From the NCBI RefSeq assembly GCF_009914755.1, contig NC_060932.1: a DNA stretch of 64,000 nt. One strand, given 5' to 3'. Shown piece after piece: positions 1-13,889 of this stretch; the first letter of the stretch is position 1; every line of letters starts with the position of its first letter. Under the pieces are notes generated by a model that saw only the letters and a list, made by a program, of their open reading frames with translations, made no database searches and was not told where the DNA came from. Origin of the DNA: the human T2T-CHM13v2.0 reference genome, Homo sapiens. A program made the position numbers and the translations under genes.

Positions 1-506
1 AGTCTGTAGTAACATTTAAAAAATGATGAAGACAAAATTTTCTTTTAGCAAAATAGTATTTCCTATCACTAGTGACGACATTAAGTCATTCCCAGTGCCT
101 GAGCTACCATTTGGTAAAATTAGTAAAGTTTTAAAGAGGTGTTGATATAGGCCACCAGAAGACCATAGAAGGGCTTTCCTATTATTCAAATTGGAAACCA
201 AGGCTCTGAGAATCTGAGGGTCATTTAGTGATTACCTACTTCTGAGCATACTGCACCACTTCCTCCATTTGAGGGACCTGTACTTTGACCAGGAGTACAA
301 CACAGACACCTTCCCAGTGGCACAACAGATCACTAAGTGTGGCTGTTGTGCAAATGAGAAAAATGGAGAACATCATCTATGCGTTTAGTCACCATATGCA
401 TGGTATAATGCACGAATTATTTGACAAAATAGAATAAATTTAAGTATAACAAGAAATGAGACCAAATTTCCAAGTCGCCTTTTATGAAACAAAAATTGCA
501 TCTTTA

Positions 507-508
<2 letters not shown>

Positions 509-562
<54 letters not shown>
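509..562. repeat. (AT)22(AC)5 compound microsatellite
   Basis: Uninterrupted AT run 509-552 followed by AC repeats; source of the YIYIYI ORFs. Confidence 0.97.
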
Positions 563-563
<1 letters not shown>

Positions 564-1080
564 ATTGCAAAACATACATTTTATATATATATATGTATTG
601 CAAAAAAATTTTCTCAAACCCACTTTTGTGTTTGGACTCAATATAAAATGACTGCTGCAGAAATGATTATAATTAGAAGAAATAATGTAGTGATTATAAT
701 AAGGTTCAAAGAGGCCTTTCTCACATCTTTGTGTACTGACGAGAGCAGGAGGTGTATGAGCAGAGAGAAACCTGCTTTCCCCTCTAGACACAGTCACTAG
801 TCACTATAGCTGGGGACAGCAACAGCTCATCTTACAGAGAAGCCACTAGAGGAAATTCAAAATGAATACATGTTCTGCTTTTGAGAAGCAGCTCGTTCAG
901 CTGCTTACAGAGAAGATATGCTTCAGAGTTGACTTATGACTTGTGGCCTTCCAAGTTGAAGGGAAATAGGAAGGAAATCAATCAATTTTTGAAATCATAT
1001 TGATTACTGGGATGATTGAGAAGCTACAAGGTGAGTTCATCGCTCGGTTATGTATCTCACATATTTAAAACATCAGAAAC

Positions 1081-1171
1081 ACTGACTTGCCTTAGGTCAC
1101 ACAGCCAGGAATGGGCAGTGCAGGGCTTCCAGCCTGGCCTTATACCAAAGTCTTAATCCTTTCACTGCTAC
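1081..1171 (-). mobile_element. MIR SINE fragment
   Basis: tgacttgccttaggtcacacagc resembles the reverse-complement MIR core; highly diverged. Confidence 0.5.
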
Positions 1172-1289
1172 ATGCAGCTGTCCGTACTGATAGCCTTGCA
1201 GCTCTGCCCTGAGGATATGAGCCTCATCTGCAAGCGTTTATGTAACTAGCTAAGAAATACAGAGTTTTCTTTTTATTAAGATGATTTTT

Positions 1290-1463
<174 letters not shown>

Positions 1464-2689
1464 TAAATAGTGAGGTTTCTAGCGCTTTAATTTCAAATAA
1501 GTGCCTGAGTCACCTAAAAAGAAGATAAAATGAACACTGACAGTCCTATCAGGCTCTAACACTTTCACTGCTTTAAGGATCGAGGTCAGGGAAATCAACT
1601 GCTTTTAAAAAATATTTTGTTCTGTTTTCTGTTGAGTAAATTCTAAGAACAGATATTATTATTTTCTTGGACTTTAAACTGCTGCTGCTGATAAAAGCAG
1701 AGGGAGCTGCTTCAGAATGGAGTTACTGCCTATCTCAGTGACATGGCTAAGTAGATGAAATTATCCACATGATGTGAAGACTGGGTTGTAAATGCTGGAA
1801 ATACACTAATATACTCAGGGGGGCAATTAGTACCTTTCATGGGGAGGGCTGTGATCTCTCTTTAGATGAAAATTTAATGTGTCTTGCATGGAAGAAATGA
1901 CCAGAACTTTGTTCGGTACAAAATAATTCCAAAGACATTCAAGAAATTACTAACTATTCATAGAGAGCCTCTGACAAGTTTAAAACAGAACGCGACCTTC
2001 TCTTTGACCTCACCAATTCCCACATCAATATATTTCCTGGTAGCATAAAGTTACTAAATTCCTATTTCAACATATTCTTGAACTAGATGCTCATTTAGAA
2101 GGGTAAGAACAAAACATCATTGGATTTTCAGCAATAGTCACCATGTATTCTACGTATTCTACTGTGCTCGAAAACATCCTCCACTTTCATGACACTTCCC
2201 ACCACTTACATGTTTCCTATTTTTTTCTATTTCATCCTGTGTTCATTTGTATAAACAAATCTGTGTCAACCAGTCTTACAATTTGTAACTTACTCAAAAA
2301 CTTGCAACTAGAAGGTAAAATCACTAAATAGACATATTAATTTTCTTTTCCATAACCTAGACTTTTATGTCCTTGAAAATCTGTCAGTAATTTAGTCAAC
2401 TACGATGAAAGGCTTACTCAAATATCTATTAGCATATAACATACAATCTTCCATCTTGAGATAACTTCTTTGGAATAAATTAATGTTCCTGTCCCACTAG
2501 AATCTTGTGTCCCGGTGACTTGTATTCACAAACAAATCAATTAATAATAAGATTTAGATTGTTTGTTTGTAGGGTTTTTAAATTAAAGTCAGAGAAATAA
2601 TAACAGGTAACATGTACAAAAAGAGAAATTCTAATCTAATTAAGATGAAGACTTCTTAAACTGTAGAATCTAATTAAATTAAAAGACCA

Positions 2690-3030
2690 TTCTATTTTTA
2701 GCTTTTTGAGGATCTCCATACACATTTTTCATAACCGGTAACTAATTTGTATTCCCACCAACAGTGTATAAGAGCTCCAGTTCCTCCTTATCCTCATCAG
2801 TATTTGTTATTTTTGGTCTTTTTGATATAGCTATTCTAACTTGGTTGAGATAGTATCCTATATTGGTTTTGATTTTCATTTCCTCGATGGTTGGTGATGT
2901 TGAGCATTTTTTCTATGTCTTTTTTGAGAAAGGTCTATTCAGATCATTTGCTCAATTTTTAGCCCCATTATTATTATTTTGCTGTTGAACTGAGTTCCCT
3001 GCATATTCTGGACTAATCCTTGTCAGATTT
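2690..3030 (-). mobile_element. Old L1M ORF2 3' fragment
   Basis: ttcccaccaacagtgtataagag, tgatgttgagcattttt and tctattcagatcatttgc are antisense L1 ORF2 motifs. Confidence 0.85.
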
Positions 3031-3074
3031 GTGTGTGTACACACATATATATATTCATAATATATAATTATAAA

Positions 3075-3420
3075 AAATGTGCAATAGTTCCTGCTACCTA
3101 TAAGATAAAACTCAGTGTCCTTAGCATCACATTCAAGGTCCACCGTCACGTGACTCCCAGCTACACCACCACCACTTCACCTCCTGCATCTCCTCTCAAC
3201 GTCCTGCGTCCAGGTCTCTTCTGCCCCTTACTCTCATATTCCAGTTAACTCTGCTGGAACTCTCAGACCATATCCCTTACTTCATAATTGTCCTGGGTTC
3301 TTTTTTCCACTGCATTTCTTCTTCCTAAAAAGCTCCCTACCTCACCTTCCTATGATGTCTACCATAGAAAGCCAAAGATTTCTCCTCTTTAAATTACTTC
3401 TTGATCTGCCCTCAGGAAAA
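3075..3420 (+). mobile_element. L2 fragment
   Basis: cctataagataaaactcagtgtccttagcatcacattcaaggtcc followed by a pyrimidine-rich L2-like body. Confidence 0.5.
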
Positions 3421-4509
3421 GGAACACAATCAACCCCTGTGAATGAATCAATCTCTGCATTATTCTGGTGAAAAAGAAAGTTGGGTGAGGTCACCTGAAG
3501 GAAGCGTGGGGTATCTGTTTGTTCTTGGAATGCAGGTATAAGCATGACACGTTTTGCATTCTCCACGAATTAACCCATGAACCCAGCAAGCAATGATGTT
3601 CATGGGATGTGCGCTCACTTCAATTACATAAGGGGCCAGGCCAACACATCTGCATAAAGACAATACTTAATCTAAGAAGTTAAAAACGGAAACAGGATAA
3701 ACTTCTAAAAGGAGTTGGGAGGCTTAGAACCTTAGCCTCTTTCTTTTTTACAAGCACTTAGGGAACTAGCTAATTAAAGGAATTCTCTGGTGAATCTCTT
3801 ATAAAGGAAAGAATTCTCTGGCAAAGCAAATAATCAACCCTTAATTTATAAAGTACTTATGGAGTTAGGTGCTTACAGTATCACCAAACGACACCTTGGG
3901 GACCCCTTGTCATTAATTTGCCTCTATAAGGACCTAACTCTTAAGGAATTGCTAAGTTTCTGGAGAAAATTGGGTTGTGAATGATTTAAGGTGTTAGTTT
4001 TGATTTTTTTATAGAAGAATGTTAATAAGGAGGTATTTGTTCTCCTATTTAGGCCTTACAACGTAAAGCAGAAAAAGAATCTTCACAGGTAACATATTAA
4101 TATAAAATTTCCTCTGTTTTAGGCAAAAAGCAATAACAAGTTTCATATGATTAAAAGAAAGGATCTATTTATGTATCTCTGATTTTGGAGCAAAATTTTC
4201 AAACTTGTTCTTCCGTCTAAGTGATAATTTTTTAAAAGTTTATTGTAAAGTTTGCTGTATTTAAAATAAACCTTCTCTCAGGGGCCAATCAATGGAATTG
4301 CTACTACAGATTAAAAGGTAAAACACTGGTTTTATTCTGAGTATTTCATTATCAACATTCAACATCTTTTGAGACTCTGACAACAAGCACAGTCATTATT
4401 CTGGTACTATGACTATAAGAAAGAAAAAAAAACACACATCTATGTTTGTTTATATGGTGCTCCTCTTTACAAAATATCAACTCCAAAATGTGCATATATA
4501 TGAGACTTG

Positions 4510-4800
4510 GGCTGGGCACGGTGACTCATGCCTGTAATGCCAGCACTTTCGGAGGCCAAGATGGGTAGATCGCTTGAGTCCAGGAGTTTGAGACCAGCCT
4601 GGGCAACACAGCAAAACACCGCCTCTACAAAAATACAAAGAATGAGCTGGGCATGATGGTGCATGCTTCTAGTCTCAGCAACTCTAGAGGTTGAGGTGGG
4701 AGGATAGCCTGAGACCCAGAAGCCTTGATCTCACCATTTTACACCAGCCTGGAAAACACACGGAGACCCTGTCTCAAAAAGAAACTAAAAGAAAAAAAAG
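4510..4800 (+). mobile_element. AluJ
   Basis: Dimeric Alu with J-type features (gatcgcttgagtccaggag, gtgggaggatagcctgag) and an A-rich tail. Confidence 0.93.
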
Positions 4801-5215
4801 GTTTGGAGTTTGTTTGTCTCAAAAAGAAACTAAAAGAAAAAAAAGTTTATCTGCTTGCAGTGGGATAAAGCAGGAAAGCCTCAGAATGTTGCCTTAAAGT
4901 TGGAGTTTCTGAGACAGCACACTGTTTTGTTTGTTTGTTTTGTTTTACCTAGGATACATGTATATGTAGAGTGGTCTGATGGAAGTAACTGAAATTCTGT
5001 AGGAGCTAAAATTTCACCAAGCTGTGTTTTGTTCTCAATCCTGTTTCCCAATGTCTAGGTCATTCACTATCCTAGACAAATGCAATTTGTTTTTCTGTCT
5101 CCACTTTCTCCTTCGCTCATTCTTTTCTTTCTTTCTTTCTTGGAAAAACAAGAAATATGTTTCTAAAGCTTGTTTATGAATTATGAGTTTAAAAATAATG
5201 TTGAAATGCCTGAAG

Positions 5216-5914
5216 TAGGATAATGGTCTCGATCTCCATCCATATCCCTGCAAAGACATGATCATGTCCTTTTTAAGAGCTGCATAGTATTCCATGGTGT
5301 ATATGTACTATATTTTCTTTATCCAATCTATCACTGTTGGGCATTTAGGTTGATTTCATGTATTTGCTATAGGGAATAGTACTGCAATAAAGATACACAT
5401 GCATGTATCTTTATAATAGAATGATTTATATTCCTTCGGGCATACGTCCAGTAGCAGGATTGCTGGGTAGAATAGAATTTCTGTCTTTAGGTCTTTGAGG
5501 AATTGCCACTCTTTCCTCCACAATGGTTAAACTAATTTACACTCCCACCAAGTGCATATAAGCACTCTTTTTCTCCACAACCTCGCCAGCATCTGTTATT
5601 TTTTGACTGTTTAATATGAGCCATTATCCTTAGCAAACTAACACAGGAACAGAAAACCAAATACCACATGTTCTCACGTATAAGTGGGAGCTAAGTGATG
5701 TGAACACATGGACCGAGGGGAACAACACACACTGGGGCCTTTTGGAGGGTGGAGAGTGGGAGAAGGGAGAGGATCAGGAAAAATAACTAATAGATACCAG
5801 GCTTAACACCTGGGTGATGAAATAATCTGTACAACAAACCCCCATGACACAGGTTTACCTAAGTAACAAACTGTACTTGTGCCCCTGAACTTAAAAGTTA
5901 AAAAAAAAAAAAAA
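5216..5914 (+). mobile_element. 5'-inverted (twin-primed) L1, L1PA13-like
   Basis: Antisense L1 at ~5216-5619 joined to a sense 3'UTR and poly(A) at 5620-5914; TSD GCCTGAAG at 5208-5215 and 5915-5922. Confidence 0.9.
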
Positions 5915-8265
5915 GCCTGAAGAAGGCATACTGTGAAAAATTTTGTGGGAAAAACATTCTATATAACATGCAAAATTCCACATGATTGAGTCCCTGCCTA
6001 CCTCCTTAGAATTAGCTCTATGTTTCAGACATACTTAGCTAATTTGAGCTTCAAGACTGTGTCAAACTCTTTCACACTTGTAAGCCTCTGCGTTCGCTGT
6101 TCTCATGACCTGGAAATCAGACATTCATTGAATATTTTTACTGAAATCAACTCTGTGTGAAGATGCTGAAAGGTCAGTCACGAGGATACAGTGGTAAAAA
6201 ACACAGCCACAGATGTTGCCCTCATGCAACTCGGTGACCTCCCTCCTTGGTAAGCTCTGCTCAAATCTTGCATCTTCTGTGTTCCTTTCACTGTGGCATG
6301 TAGCCCAACCATTCTAAGCAACACTTTGCAAATCTTTCTTTAAGCCACCAGTACAGCCACCATCTATTTCTGCTACATTGCTGACCAAAATTCTGTTAAT
6401 ATAATTATATACCTACCCAATTCCATTATGAAACCATGAACTTCTGTATCTGTTTCATTTTTGTGTTATGAATAGAGAGCTTAGCACTGAATGAGTGGAT
6501 AGATGAAACAATGAAAAGAATGACTGAATCGAGTAATTGATTTTCTGGAGAGAGTAATTGAATTTCAATCTGAAATTTGTTTTACATGTACCAGTTTAAG
6601 CCATTACAAAGCACATATTGATGGGAAAGAGACAATTAGAACAGAATTTTAAAATGTGAAGTTACAGAACTATAATAAATGTAATCTGCTATATGAACAT
6701 ATCTTCTTATAATAAGCCTCAAAATTCTTCCGTGTTTCTACTAGAAATATAAGGACAGAAATACAAACTACCATCAGAGAGTACTGCAAACACCTCTACG
6801 CAAATAAATTTGAAAATCTAGAAGAAATGGATAAATTCCTGGACACACACACCCTCCCAAGGCTAAACCAGGAAGAAGCTGGATCCCAGAATAGACCAAT
6901 AACAAGTTCTGGAATTGAGGCAGTAATTAATAACTTACCAACCAAAAAAAGCCCAGGACCAGACAGATTCACAGCCGAACTCTACCAGAGGTACAAAGAG
7001 GAGCTGGTACCATTCCTTCTGAAACTATTCCAAACAACAGAAAAAAGGAACTCCTCCCTAACTCAATTTATGAGGCCAGCATCATTCTGATACCCAAACC
7101 TGGCAGAGACACAACAAAAAAAGAAAATTTCAGGCCAATATCCCTGATGAACATCAATGTGAAAATCATCAATAAAACACTGGCAAACTGAATCCAGTGG
7201 CACATCAAATAGCGTATCCACCACGATTAAGTTGACGTCATCCCTGGGATGCAAGCCTGGTTTAACATATGCAAATCAATAAACGTAATCCATCACATAT
7301 ACAGAATCAATCACAAAAAACACATGATTATCTCAATAGATGCAGAAAAATCCTTCGATGAAATTCAACACCGCTTCATGCTAAAAACTCACAATAAACT
7401 AGGCATTGATGGAACATATCTCAAAATAATAAGAGCTATTTATGACAAACCCACAGCCAATATCATACTGAATGGGCAAAAGCTGGAAGCATTCCCTTTG
7501 AAAACTGACACAAGACAAGGACGCCCTCTCTCACCACTCCTATTCAACATAGTGTTGGAAATTCTGTCCAGGGCAATCAGGCAAGAGAAAGAAATGAAGT
7601 GTATTCAAATAGGAAGAGAGGAAGTCAAATTGTCTCTGTTTGCAGATGACATAAATGTATATTTAGAAAACCCCATTGTCGCAGCCCAAAATCTCTTTAA
7701 GGTGATAAGCAACTTCAGCAAACTCTCAGGATACACAATCAATGTGAAAAATCACAAGAATTCCTATACACCAACAATAGACAAACAGAGAGCTAAATCA
7801 TGAGTGAACTCCCATTCACACTTGCTACAAAGGAAATAGGAATCCAACTTACAAGGAATGTGAAGGACCTCTTCAAGGAGAACTACAAAACACTGCTCAA
7901 GTAACTAAGAGAGGACACAAACAAATGGAAAAATATTCCATGCTCATGGATAGGAAGAATCAATATTGTTAAAATGGCCATACTGCCAAAGTAATTTATA
8001 GATTCACTGCTATCCCCATCAAGCTACCATTGACTTTCTTCACAGAACTAGAAAAAAATACTTTAAATTTCATATGGAACCAAAAAAGAGCCAGTATAGC
8101 CAAAACAATCCTAAGGAAAAAAGCTGGAGGCATCACACTACCTGACTTCAAACTATGATACAAGGCTATGGTAACCAAAACAGTACGGTACTAGTACCAG
8201 AACAGATAGATAGACCAATGGAACAGAAAAGAGGCCTCAGAAATACCACACATCTACAACCATTT

Positions 8266-8312
8266 GAGATGGAGACCATCCTGGCCAACGCGGTGAAACC
8301 CCATCCCTACTA
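8266..8312 (+). mobile_element. ~47-bp internal Alu (Sc/Y-type) fragment inside the L1
   Basis: gagatggagaccatcctggccaacgcggtgaaaccccatccctacta; no Alu ends or tail. Confidence 0.85.
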
Positions 8313-8907
8313 CAACAATCTGAATTCCCAGTTTAATAAATGTGGTTGGGAAAACTGGCTAGCCATATGCAGAAAACTAAAACTGGACCCTTTCTTACAC
8401 CTTATATAAAAATTAACTCAAGTAAGATTAAGGACTTAAACATAAGACTTAAAACCATAAAAACCCTAGAAGAAAACCAAGGCAATACCATTCAGGACAT
8501 AGGCATGAGCAAAGACTTCATGACTGAAACACCAAAAGCAATGGCAAGAAAAGCCAAAATTGACAAATAGGATCTAATTAAACTAAAGAGCTTCTGCACA
8601 GCAAAAGAAACTATCATCAGAGTGAACAGGCAACCTACAGAATGGGAGAAAATTTCTGTAATCTATCCATCTGACAAAGGGCTAATATACAGAATCTTAA
8701 ACAAGTTTACAAAAAAAAAAGACAACCCTGTCAAAAAGTGGGTGAAGAATACGAACAGACACTTCACAAAAGAAGACATTTATGCAGCAAACAAACATAC
8801 GAAACAAGGCTCATCATCACTGGTCGTTAGAGAAATTCAAATCAAAACCACAAGGAGATACCATCTCACGCCAGTCAGAATGGCCATCATTAAAAAGTCA
8901 GGAAACA

Positions 8908-9200
<293 letters not shown>

Positions 9201-9505
9201 AAAAAGTCAGGAAACAACAGATGCTGGAGAGAATGTGGAGAAACAGGAACCCTTTTACACTGTTGGTGGGAGTGTAAATTATTTCAACCACTGTGAAAGA
9301 CAGTTTTATGACTCCTCAAGGATCTAGAACTAGAAATACCATTTGACCCAGTAATCCCATTACTGCGTATATACCCAAAGGATCATAAATCATTCTACTA
9401 TAAAGATACATGCACACATATGTTTACTGCAGCACTATTCACAATACCAAAGACTTGGAACTAACCCAAATGACCATCAATGATAGACTGAATAAAGAAA
9501 ATGTG

Positions 9506-9789
9506 GGCTGGGTGCAGTGGCTCACACCTGTAATCCCAGCATTTTGGGAGGCTAAGGTGGGAGGTTCATGATGTCAAGAAATCGAGACCATCCTGGCCAA
9601 CACAGTGAAACCCCATCTCTACTAAAAACACAAAAATTAGCTGGGCATGGTGGCATGCACCTGTAGTCCCAGCTACTTGGGAGGCTGAGGCAGGAGAATT
9701 ACTGGAACTCAGGAGGCAGGGGTTGCAGTGAGCTGAGTTTGCACCACTGCACACCAGCCTGGCAAGAGAGTGAGACTCTGTCTCAAAAA
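9506..9789 (+). mobile_element. AluSc-like, nested in L1
   Basis: gtcaagaaatcgagaccatcctggccaac diagnostic region; very short A tail. Confidence 0.94.
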
Positions 9790-9938
9790 TGTATATATAT
9801 GTGTGTGTATATATATATATGTATGTATATATATGCATGTATGTATATATATGTATGTATATATGTATGTATATATGTATGTATGTATGTATATATATGT
9901 GTGTGTATATATATGTATATGTGTATATATATATATAT
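9790..9938. repeat. (TA)/(TG)/(TATG) compound microsatellite
   Basis: ~150 bp of TA/TG units between the Alu and the resumption of L1. Confidence 0.95.
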
Positions 9939-12900
9939 AGGACATATACACCATGGAACACTATGCAGCCATAAAAAAGGATGAGTTCATGTCCTTTGCA
10001 GGAACATGGAAGAAGCTGGAAACCATCATTCTCAGCAAACTAACACAGGAACAGAAAACCAAACATTCCATGTTCTCACTAATAAGTGGGAGTTGAACAA
10101 TGAGAACATATGGAAACAGGGAGGGGAACATCACACACCAGGGCCTGACAGGGCATGAGGGGCTAGGGGAGGGATAGCATTAGGAGAAATACCTAATGTA
10201 GATGACAGGTTGATGGGTTCAGCAAACCACCATGGCACATGTATACCTATGTAACAAACCTGCACATTCTGCACATATATCCCAGAACTTAAACTGTAAT
10301 TTTTTAAAAAAACATAGAAATATAAGCTATCTGTTACTTTTCTATTGTTCTCACAAATAATCAAAATTATTAGTGTTTTTGCTGTATATTAGAGTATTTT
10401 TATTATAAAAGTGGTTACTATTAATATCTAAAGTGTTTAGACTCTTCTGAGAAAATATGCTGTTTAATTAGAAATACACAATGGTAATAGAATCAGCATC
10501 TTTTATGAGAGCTGAAAAGTTGGCCTTGGGGGAATTAGAAGTCTTCTAATTCTTTATGAACAGAATGCAATTTAAAAATTGATAGGAAGTTCTTTAAACC
10601 ACACAGTATGTGTATAAATACATTAGATTTCAACATAACCTAAAGGCACCATAGACCCTGCTGGGTTTGTATCATCAACTAAACTAACTTGTCTTTCTTG
10701 GAATATTATTTTAAATGACAAAATAGTGATAACTATGAGATACTCTATTGAGTTAATTGTAAGCTCCTTGAATATGGCTATACTATTTTATTCATCTTTT
10801 TATCTACCCCACTTCCCAGCACACTGACTTAACCATAGTAGATTCTCAAAAAATATGATGCAATTTGATTTGCATTTTCTCCTGCTTCCAAAAGTAATCT
10901 GGACAAGTTTCACTGACTTGAGAGTTAGAAATAAAGCAGAAGTCAAACGTTTAACTTGATAGGCGTCTTTAGATATTTGACATAATCAATTCATGATGTG
11001 TGGTTCCAGAGAGTCAAGCAGATCCAAGATGTAAGTTAGAAGGAGTCATGTTTTGGTTAAATGTAATAGAAACGATTTTAATAACAGCAGTTACTTAATA
11101 ATGGAGTGAAGTGTATAAAAGTGAGATGCTTCCCAGTGGTGAACATAGTTATCAGACAGAATCCATGGAGGTAGTAGAGGAATAGCTTTGGCTGGAAGAC
11201 TGAGATAAATCACCTGAAATCCTGTGAAACTATAACTACACTTTAAAGGCTACAAAAGAGGAAAGAGCATAGATGAGTTATTCATTGCATGTGTTGGTAT
11301 GCCCAATTGCCTTAACATAGTAATATCATATTTTTTTTATATTTTATAATACATGCCTTCAATTCTATGGAATTATAGATTGCCTCTGGATAACTTTGGA
11401 GACTCTAGAGTTGTATAGTACTAGTCATCAGTTACCCCAGAAGTGATCATTACTTTATTTGTAAGGTGGGGTTGATGGAAACTTGAAAGTGTTCTTTAAG
11501 TTGGAACACACAGATGTCAATCACTTGAGATCAAGAGCAGCCGTTACATGACTATGCATTTTCAGAGGTAAAGCACTGTTCATGGATGGACTTAACTCAT
11601 CAGTAGAACAGAGTATCTACAATCAACCAAGGCTTGAGTTCAGTCTCCAGCAAGAATAAAGATGAGAATAGGTCAACTCTCAATGGAAGTCCATGAGTAA
11701 CCCCAGCTCCTTCCACTGATTTTGGTTGACCTATATTTGGATATTGTTTGAAGAACACCATTTTACTTTTAAAAAACCTTGGCCAGATGCATACCTAATT
11801 AGGAATAGGAACCTTTAAAAGTGGAAATTAAATTTTAGAAGATTGATTTCTCTAAATTATTTGGCAACTGTCTTTCTCTTAGGCTTCTTCTTGGAAGTGG
11901 CAGAGATTTATAACTCATGGAAAGAAAGATATGAAATGCAAATATTTGTCCTTGAAGTCTCTGTAGTCATAGGATTAGCAACATTATGGGGCAAAAATAA
12001 TTACAATGACTGAAAACCATGGAAAACTGTGATTTACTTTTAGAACTTTGAAGATAAAGACTGAAGTGTGGTGAGTCCCACAAACTTATACTTTAATTGA
12101 AACTGCAGTTCAGTAGTTTGAGAACTTCTAACTTCATATTCTTCTAGTTATAAAGAAAAGTATGCTCTGTAATAGGACTACTTAGTTCTCTCTGGAAATA
12201 TTCATGCATTTCAATATTTTTAAAGATAATACTCTTGCTATAGTCAATCTGACTGATCTGCTGTACTGTTTAATTAGACATAATGATTTACCTTGGGCTT
12301 CTTGAAAGTTGACTGTCCAACACTTCTGTACTAAATAGGACTTGCCTCATAATTTTTCCCTGGTGTTTTCTACAAGCACAACTTTGTAGATTATTTTTAA
12401 TTTTAACTTTATCAAGAAAATATGTTACTAAATAAAAATCCTTGGGGATGGGAGATGAAATTATTCTTTATCCACCAACTGACTTTTATCAAACCCACAT
12501 AAATATTGGCTTAAATTTAACTTAATATGATTAAAATGATTTATATAGATAAGTAAAATATTAATATGTAGATTCTCTTCTAATATAAAATTCAAATTCA
12601 ACTTCTACATTGCCTTTCTTAAATTCAGTGACAGCAGTGTATGGCATAATAAATTCCAGTGTGGATCAAGTGATGTGCTATCTTCAGTGAATGCACAGGT
12701 GCCTGAGTATTCCTCTCTAAAAGGGGAATCAGGTTACTCTAAAAGGAAAAAAGACACATGTCTTGTGTTAGATGAAATTATAACATGGCTCCCAAGATTT
12801 TCACTTTCTGAGGTATATTCACCTTCCTCCAGTTATCCATTCAAGCAGTATCCCACAATGCTCCTGTAAAGACATTTTTCATAAGTAACTAAAGTCCCAA

Positions 12901-13010
12901 GTCAATTTATTTTGAGAAAAGAAGATAATGCTGAGTGAGTCTGACCTAATCAGGTGCATCAGCTCTTAAAAAGGACTCAGATCTTCCTGGAGAAATTTCA
13001 AGCATAAAAG

Positions 13011-13414
13011 GGTATCTTTGTCTGTGTGTATTGCTATAACAAATGGAGACCAGGTTATTTATAAACAATGGAAATTTATTTCTCACAGTTCTGGAGGCTG
13101 GGAAATTCAAGCACAAGGTGCCAGCTAGGTAGGTTTTGGTAAAGGCCTCATCTCCACTTCCAAAATGATACCGTGTTGCTACATCATCCAGAGGAGACAA
13201 CAGATATGTCCTCACATGACAGAAGACACAGAAAGGTCAAGAGGGTACTTCCTTTTGTAAGGAACTTTAGTCCTTTTGTAAGAGCGCTAACCCATTAATG
13301 AGGACAAAGTCCATGACTTAATCACCTTCCAAAAGCCACATATCTTAACACTACTGTATTAAGGACTAGGTCTCAACATGAATTTTGGAGGGGACATACA
13401 TTCAAACCATAGCA
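13011..13414 (-). mobile_element. MaLR solo LTR (MLT1A/MST class)
   Basis: atttatttctcacagttctggaggctgggaa and terminal ttttggaggggacatacattcaaaccatagca. Confidence 0.9.
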
Positions 13415-13889
13415 GAAGGATTCAATGGGAGGGAGACTATTTATTCACAGCTTTGGATAAGGAAGGGACAAGGTCTGAGAGCAGCGTCAGGGAGCAGATA
13501 GAAGTCCCCACCTGAAAACCAGAGAGAACAATACGAAAAGCACGTGTTAAGAGTAGCTGGCAATAAAATACTGAGAAAAGCACTGTACCACTTTGGACTG
13601 TGGTTTTCTCATCTGTAAAGTGAAAGGCTAGGACCTGGTTATCTCTGAGATTCCTTCCAGGTCAAGACATTTAAGGTGTAAGTAACTAGTAATAAAGTGA
13701 ATGAGCTGTGATACGGGGGAAAGAATACAGTAGTAGGGCAAGAAGAAAAAATAATTGGATTAAGTTCCAGCTATGTTATAAATAAGGAGCCTGACCTTGA
13801 ATAGATGATTTCACATCTGGGCCACAATTTAGTTGGTTGAAAAATGGGGATAACATCACCCTAATCCAAAGTTGTCTCTGAAGACTAAA

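Noticed and set aside
385-800. ORFs with YIYIYI runs (also 9566-9984)
   Set aside because: Translations of TA/TG microsatellites.
3346-3464. Minus-strand 119-nt exon-like segment with good splice sites
   Set aside because: Largely within an L2-like remnant and isolated from other candidates; likely cryptic.
11883-12070. Plus-strand acceptor/donor pair with a protein-looking frame
   Set aside because: Stops in the best frames and no linked partner; shows how easily such candidates arise by chance.
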